This document shows, in pieces, positions 59,168 to 64,000 of a stretch of DNA of 64,000 bases (the stretch's first letter is position 1; each line of letters opens with the position of its first letter). The notes below the pieces were generated by a model. It made no database searches. It was not told the DNA's origin and saw only the letters and a program-made list of their open reading frames with translations. Made by a program: the position numbers and the translations under genes. This stretch comes from Halovenus sp. (GTDB lineage: Archaea; Halobacteriota; Halobacteria; Halobacteriales; Haloarculaceae), in NCBI GenBank assembly GCA_028275025.1, contig JAQCNM010000031.1, positions 2,078-66,077 on the forward strand, read 5' to 3'.

Positions 59168-59845
59168 ATGGAGTACGAGTTTACCCATCAGCCGTCGTAC
59201 ACACATCTGATCGTGCAGCTAGAACAGGGCGAGTCGGTGCTGGCCGAACCGGGAGCGATGGTCGGTCACTCGAGCACCGTCTCGATGCAGACACAGTCGA
59301 GCGGTGACGGACTGCTCGGGTCGGCAAAGTCGGTGCTCGGCGGGGAGTCGGCGTTCGTCAACAGGTTCGTCGCGGAGGACGGTTCGGGTCAGGTGACACT
59401 GGCACCGCCGTCGCCGGGCGACGTGATGGCTCACGACCTGCGCGACGAGACGCTCTACTGCACCGACGGTGCCTTTCTCGCCGGCTCCGACGGCGTCGAT
59501 ATCGACTCCGAACTCGGCGGTATCAAGTCGGTCATCGGCGAGGCGGGTCTCACCCCACTTGCCCTAAAGGGAACCGGGACCGCGTTTATCGACGCCTACG
59601 GCGGGTTGGAGACGCTCGAACTGGCGGCGGGTGAGTCCTACGTTCTGGACAACGAGCACCTGATCGCCTGGGACGACACCATCGACTACACAACCCGGTC
59701 GGCGAGCGGGCTCAAGTCGAAGATGCTGAGCGACGAAGGTATTCTCTTCGAGTTCAACGGTCCGGGGACCGCCTGGTACCAGACCCGCGACCTGAGTGCG
59801 TTTGCGTCGTTCCTCAGCCCACACGTCCCCAGCGGGGACTCGTAA
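59168..59845 (+). CDS. TIGR00266 / AIM24 family protein
   Basis: Motifs LAEPGAMV, LGGESAFVNRF, LAPPSPGD, DAYGG, VLDNEHLIAW, FNGPGTAWYQTR. Confidence 0.88.
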   Translation: MEYEFTHQPSYTHLIVQLEQGESVLAEPGAMVGHSSTVSMQTQSSGDGLLGSAKSVLGGESAFVNRFVAEDGSGQVTLAPPSPGDVMAHDLRDETLYCTDGAFLAGSDGVDIDSELGGIKSVIGEAGLTPLALKGTGTAFIDAYGGLETLELAAGESYVLDNEHLIAWDDTIDYTTRSASGLKSKMLSDEGILFEFNGPGTAWYQTRDLSAFASFLSPHVPSGDS

Positions 59846-59896
59846 CCGACCTCGGCGGCGTCGTTGTTGTTCGGCAGGATACACCCGGTCTCGTGG

Positions 59897-60616
59897 CTAC
59901 CACGCCGTCGGTTCCCGGTCTTTCCAGAAACGCCCGCCGGGGCTCCCGGGTCGGAACCGAGCGAGCCAGGCCGGGGTGTCGGCACCCTCGGCCGGACTGC
60001 GGTTCGCGTTCGGTCCCCCCATGTCGGTTCGGACCCAGCCCGGACTGGCGGCGTTGGCGATCAGCCCCGCGGAGGCGTACTCCCCGTGCAGGTACGCCGT
60101 CAGACCGCCCAGTCCGACCTTCGAGATGCGGTAGGCCGGGTACGCACCGCCCATCTGGCCGCCGGTGAACTGACCGAGGTCCGACGAGACGTTGACCACC
60201 CGCCCTCCCTCACGCTCCAACAGGAGCGAGAGCGCGTGTTTGGTGACGAGGGTCGGACCACGGAGGTTCACCGCGAGTGTCCGGTCGAACGTGTCCATAC
60301 TCATCGCGTCGAGTGTGTTACACTCCTGAAAGATACCGGCGTTGTTCACCAGCACGTCCAGTCGACCCGTCTCCTCGGCGACCCGGTCGACCGCCGCCCG
60401 GACCGTCCTACCTGCGGTCACATCTAGCCGGACCGGTCGCTGGTCGTCGGCGGTCACGTCGCCGGTGTCGCGTGCCCCGGCGTACACCACTGCCCCACGC
60501 TCGGCGAGTGCCGCCGCGATTGCGGCACCGATACCCCGTGTCGCCCCGGTGACGAGCGCGACCTGACCGTCCAGTGAATCGTAGACCTCGGGTTCGACCG
60601 ACTTGTCTTCGGTCAT
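59897..60616 (-). CDS. SDR family oxidoreductase (carbonyl reductase-like)
   Basis: Motifs TGATRGIG, LVNNAG, YRISK, PGWVRTDMGG. Confidence 0.92.
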   Translation of the reverse strand: MTEDKSVEPEVYDSLDGQVALVTGATRGIGAAIAAALAERGAVVYAGARDTGDVTADDQRPVRLDVTAGRTVRAAVDRVAEETGRLDVLVNNAGIFQECNTLDAMSMDTFDRTLAVNLRGPTLVTKHALSLLLEREGGRVVNVSSDLGQFTGGQMGGAYPAYRISKVGLGGLTAYLHGEYASAGLIANAASPGWVRTDMGGPNANRSPAEGADTPAWLARFRPGSPGGRFWKDREPTAW

Positions 60617-60805
60617 AGCGTGCTGTTCGAACCGGGCCGGATTAACCGTTGTCCGACGGACCGCACGGTGCCGTTGCTCGACCCCCGGTGTGTCTCCAGC
60701 GGGCGGTAGGTGGTCCGTCGGTCGACGTTTCGAGGGTCAGTCACGGTAGCCGACGAGACCGTTGTCGCCCTCGGTGTGTGACAGGGTTGCGCGGTGGCGG
60801 GCCTC

Positions 60806-61645
60806 TCACCCGTCGGCTGGCAGGTAGGGGAGTGCACTCAGGGGGCAAAACTGCGGGGTCTCGGTCAGCAGTTGTCTGAGGGTGTGAACGTGGCCGGAGC
60901 CGACGAGACAGAGCACGCGGTCGGTCTCCTCGATTGCCCGCCAGATGTTGTGCACCATCCGGAGATTCCGCCGGTACCAGTCGGCGAGTGCGTCGGGGCC
61001 GGCGTAGTTCTCACCCGCTCCGCGTCGGATGAACCGGTCGAACATCGCGTCGTTTGCGTGGAGTGCCGCCTCCTCGTTGAGAAACCGGTGGTACCCGGTG
61101 ACCGACGAGGTAGCCAACCGCTCTTGCTGTGTCGTCTTGAGCTCGTCCGGGTCGAGTCGTGACACGTCACGCTTTGCTGTCGGGTCGTGTTCGCGCTCCT
61201 CGAGATCCGCCTCCGCGGCCTCGTCACCGAGTGACTCGGGCACGTCCACCGGGGCGACCCGGTCGTGCCCCAGGCGGTCGGCGAGACGGAACCCGACCTG
61301 GACAACCTCGCTCCGACAGTCGACCGGATCGTACTCGGCATCTTCCCCGCGCTCGAACTCGTACGGTTCGTCGTAGGCGTACTCGCCATCGCGGTACCCG
61401 TGGTACCGGTCGACCAACTGGTCGGCCTGTGTGGCTGGCCGCTCGACGGTCACGAGCTCCGGGGCAGCCCCGACTAGTGTGTCGACAAACGCCTCCAGTT
61501 CCTCCTGTCGTCGGTCACTCAACACGTCGTCGGACTCGACGTTGACCGCGTCGAGCCCGGGGTTGGCCATGTGGTAGGTCCCGAGTATCACTACCTCTAC
61601 CTGTTCGGGAACCGGTGTCGGCCACGTCGGTGTCTTTCGTGCCAT
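60806..61645 (-). CDS. DUF5694-like protein
   Basis: Motifs ILGTYHM, SEVVQVGFRLA, WYRRNLRMVHNI, LVGSGHV. Confidence 0.75.
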   Translation of the reverse strand: MARKTPTWPTPVPEQVEVVILGTYHMANPGLDAVNVESDDVLSDRRQEELEAFVDTLVGAAPELVTVERPATQADQLVDRYHGYRDGEYAYDEPYEFERGEDAEYDPVDCRSEVVQVGFRLADRLGHDRVAPVDVPESLGDEAAEADLEEREHDPTAKRDVSRLDPDELKTTQQERLATSSVTGYHRFLNEEAALHANDAMFDRFIRRGAGENYAGPDALADWYRRNLRMVHNIWRAIEETDRVLCLVGSGHVHTLRQLLTETPQFCPLSALPYLPADG

Positions 61646-61852
61646 CCGCCTCGGTCTGAGCATAGTTCACCCTCACAACACACAGCCGGGACATAAGCTC
61701 TGTGCCGGTGACCGCCTCGACTGCGAGAGTTCGTCGCCGGCCACCCCGTCGCCGTCAAACCGACCCCTTCGACCCGCGGGTGTCCGTCCGAGTTACCCGG
61801 ACTCGCCGACAGAGCGGCTGTCGCCGCGGTGTCGGTTTCTCGGAGAGGACGG

Positions 61853-62184
61853 TCAGTCGAGTTTGCTCCGCCACCGCAACGAGTTCCGGTTCAGTTCCTC
61901 CACCACCGGTCGGCCGCCCTCGAGCATCCGGTCGGCGATCTCGATCGCCGTGGTGAGTTGCTCCGCGGACAGGTGTTCGTAGGCCGGTCGCCCGTCGACG
62001 TGGTCGTACCACTCGTCCTCGAACAGGTTGTCGAGCACGACGCGGCCAAAACAGTGATCGAGATGGATCGGCCAGCCGTCGCTTCGCTGTGCTGTCTTGT
62101 CTCCGGCAGTCTCTCGTGTACCCTCTCGGCGTACATCTCCCGACGCCGTGAGATGTCCACGCCGTCCAGCGTCCTCTGTGTCAC
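61853..62184 (-). pseudogene. Frameshifted small conserved hypothetical gene (WPIHLDHCFGR motif)
   Basis: The frame VTQRTLDG...ERLPET switches to AQRSDGWPIHLDHCFGRVVLDNLF... at a TGTCT-TGTCT duplication (62093-62102). Removing 5 bp gives a 327-nt ORF. Confidence 0.7.
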
Positions 62185-62471
62185 GAACCCGTGTAGTGGC
62201 TCGGGCGGTTTCACCACTCTGTTCTGAGGTGTCTGTGTGTGAGCGGCCACCCGCGCTCCGCGGCCCTCGACGCGGAGAGACCGACTGAGCGGACGGGCTT
62301 GCCCCTCAGTCCAGTGTGCCCACACGAGAGACAGTAACGCGGTATATGAGTGGTGACAAACTGACCAGAGACACGCAGAGATTAGCGGTCACTGGCAACC
62401 CGGCCGCAGTCCGTCGATAAATATATATACGTCTGTATCTTGTCACTAATCGAATCGAACAGTGAGGGCAG

Positions 62472-62768
62472 ATGCTCGCAGGTAGCTGGGTCGTCGCCGC
62501 AATCGGGTTAGCTCTGCTGAACGTACTGCTACTCGGCACAGTCGGGTTCGTCTGGCTGTCGAACTACCGGACGTTCCGGACGCCCCTGCTCTTTGGACTG
62601 GTCGGGTTCGCGGCTGTGATGCTCGTCGAGAATCTCGTGGTGATATACTCGTTTGTCGAGTGGGGCAGGCTGTACGCCGACAGTACGTTCGCCAAGCGGT
62701 TTTTCACCGGACTTCGCGGTGTCCAGTTTCTCGCTCTGGTGTCGCTGAACTACGTCACGTGGCGGTGA
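62472..62768 (+). CDS. Small three-TM haloarchaeal membrane protein
   Basis: Motifs LNVLLL, VWLSNYRTFRT, GLVGFA, LVEN, YVTWR. AT-rich promoter at about 62417-62430. Confidence 0.7.
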   Translation: MLAGSWVVAAIGLALLNVLLLGTVGFVWLSNYRTFRTPLLFGLVGFAAVMLVENLVVIYSFVEWGRLYADSTFAKRFFTGLRGVQFLALVSLNYVTWR

Positions 62769-63054
62769 CCACCGACAACGGATGTTCCACATAACTGTAT
62801 TGGAACGGTAGGCCTGTGGGCCAGCAACAAGAAGCTGCAAAAAGACTAAAGCAGCTGGCAAACGGTGATACAGCAGTGATATCACAATCGTACTACACCG
62901 GGTGTGGCCGTGACCCGGCGGGTGGACGGTGGCTCCGTTCGAACCGTCTTGTGAGTGTCGGTGTCGACCGGCACACACGTGTGGTTCGACACGAACGGAA
63001 CCACCACAAGACGAGAGCAGGACAGACCGACAGCACGTCACGACCAGGTAACCG

Positions 63055-64000
63055 ATGGTAGACGGCCCACCGGAGTCGTACTCGACCCAGCGGTATCTCG
63101 CGGCAAAGCGCACCGTCGACGACCGCGCCCTGAACAGGCGGGTGTTCCAGGACGCGACGGCGTTTCTATCAGACCGCGACCCCCCGGCGAGGGTCGTCGA
63201 GGTGGCCGCCGGTATCGGGGTGATGCTCGAGCGACTGCTCGACCGGGACGCTCTCCCCGACGACGTGGAGTACACGATGCTCGACATCGACCCGGCGAGT
63301 ATCGCCACCGCCGAACAGCGACTCCCCCGTCACGCCCGCTCGCTCGGGTACACGGTCGAGACACACGACGACCCGCGCCCGGACGGGTCGTTTCGAGGGT
63401 CGGCCCCGTCGTTCGCGCTCACGCTGTCACGGTCGGACCGTCGGGTCGAGGTTCGGGCCGGGACCGCCGACGCGTTTCCGTTTGCCGCGGCGACCGACCG
63501 GACGTGGGACCTGCTGGTCGCGGCCGCGTTTCTCGATATCGTCCCCGGGAGCGACCAGCTGGCGACGCTGTTCGAACTGGTTCCCGACGGTGGCTACTAC
63601 GCCCCTATCGTGTTCGACGGTGCGACCCGGTTCGTTCCGGCGGTCGACCGGCCGTTCGACCGGCGACTCGAGCGGCGCTGGCACGCCGGTATGCGCGCCG
63701 GCGACGACCCGAACGACCCGCGAGCGGGCTCGCGGGTGCCGGTCTGGGTCGAACGGGCGGGCGGGGTCGTCGACTCTCTCGGCGGGTCGAGTTGGGCGGT
63801 CCGTCCGGACGGGTCCGACAGTGACTACCCCGCCGAGGAGGCGTACTTTCTCTTTCACGTGCTCCGGTTCGTCGAGCGGTCACTGGTCGACGACCCCCAA
63901 CTCGACGAGGAGCGGGTCCGTGAGTGGGTGACCGACCGCCGGAAACGGGTTGGCGAGGCCGACCTGCGCTACGTCGCGCACAATCTCGACGTGTTCGGCC
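63055..64000 (+). CDS. Class I SAM-dependent methyltransferase, paralog of 51506-52414; runs off the window
   Basis: Read by hand: MVDGPPESYSTQRYLAAKRTVDDRALNRR...VVEVAAGIG...WDLLVAAAFLD...FDGATRF...YPAEEAYFL...YVAHNLDVFG. Confidence 0.88.
   Translation, partial: MVDGPPESYSTQRYLAAKRTVDDRALNRRVFQDATAFLSDRDPPARVVEVAAGIGVMLERLLDRDALPDDVEYTMLDIDPASIATAEQRLPRHARSLGYTVETHDDPRPDGSFRGSAPSFALTLSRSDRRVEVRAGTADAFPFAAATDRTWDLLVAAAFLDIVPGSDQLATLFELVPDGGYYAPIVFDGATRFVPAVDRPFDRRLERRWHAGMRAGDDPNDPRAGSRVPVWVERAGGVVDSLGGSSWAVRPDGSDSDYPAEEAYFLFHVLRFVERSLVDDPQLDEERVREWVTDRRKRVGEADLRYVAHNLDVFG

Overview
This is a GC-rich chromosomal window from a haloarchaeon (class Halobacteria), judged from acidic proteins, leaderless TATA promoters and archaeal genes such as dph5, pelA, lsm-rpl37e, priS-ginS, kae1-bud32 and gch3. 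About 1-47 kb is mostly housekeeping. From about 47 kb to 63 kb the region looks accessory, with longer and more AT-rich intergenic stretches and signs of decay. I saw no rRNA, tRNA or CRISPR array. Main points: (1) an unannotated 21-codon leader peptide ending LLVGAR-stop, with its amber stop inside a hairpin, sits directly upstream of ilvBNC and is a candidate archaeal attenuation or readthrough switch; (2) a dehydrogenase-PTPS-glycosyltransferase-methyltransferase-GTP cyclohydrolase III cluster of unknown product lies near a photolyase and a nitroreductase; (3) a decayed second gch3 and an internally deleted CBS gene at about 26 kb; (4) a second copy of the cluster methyltransferase at the right edge; (5) small genes missed by the ORF track (rpl37e, a 39-aa zinc finger) and a gene broken by a 5-bp duplication. 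All family assignments come from motif recognition by eye, not from database searches.
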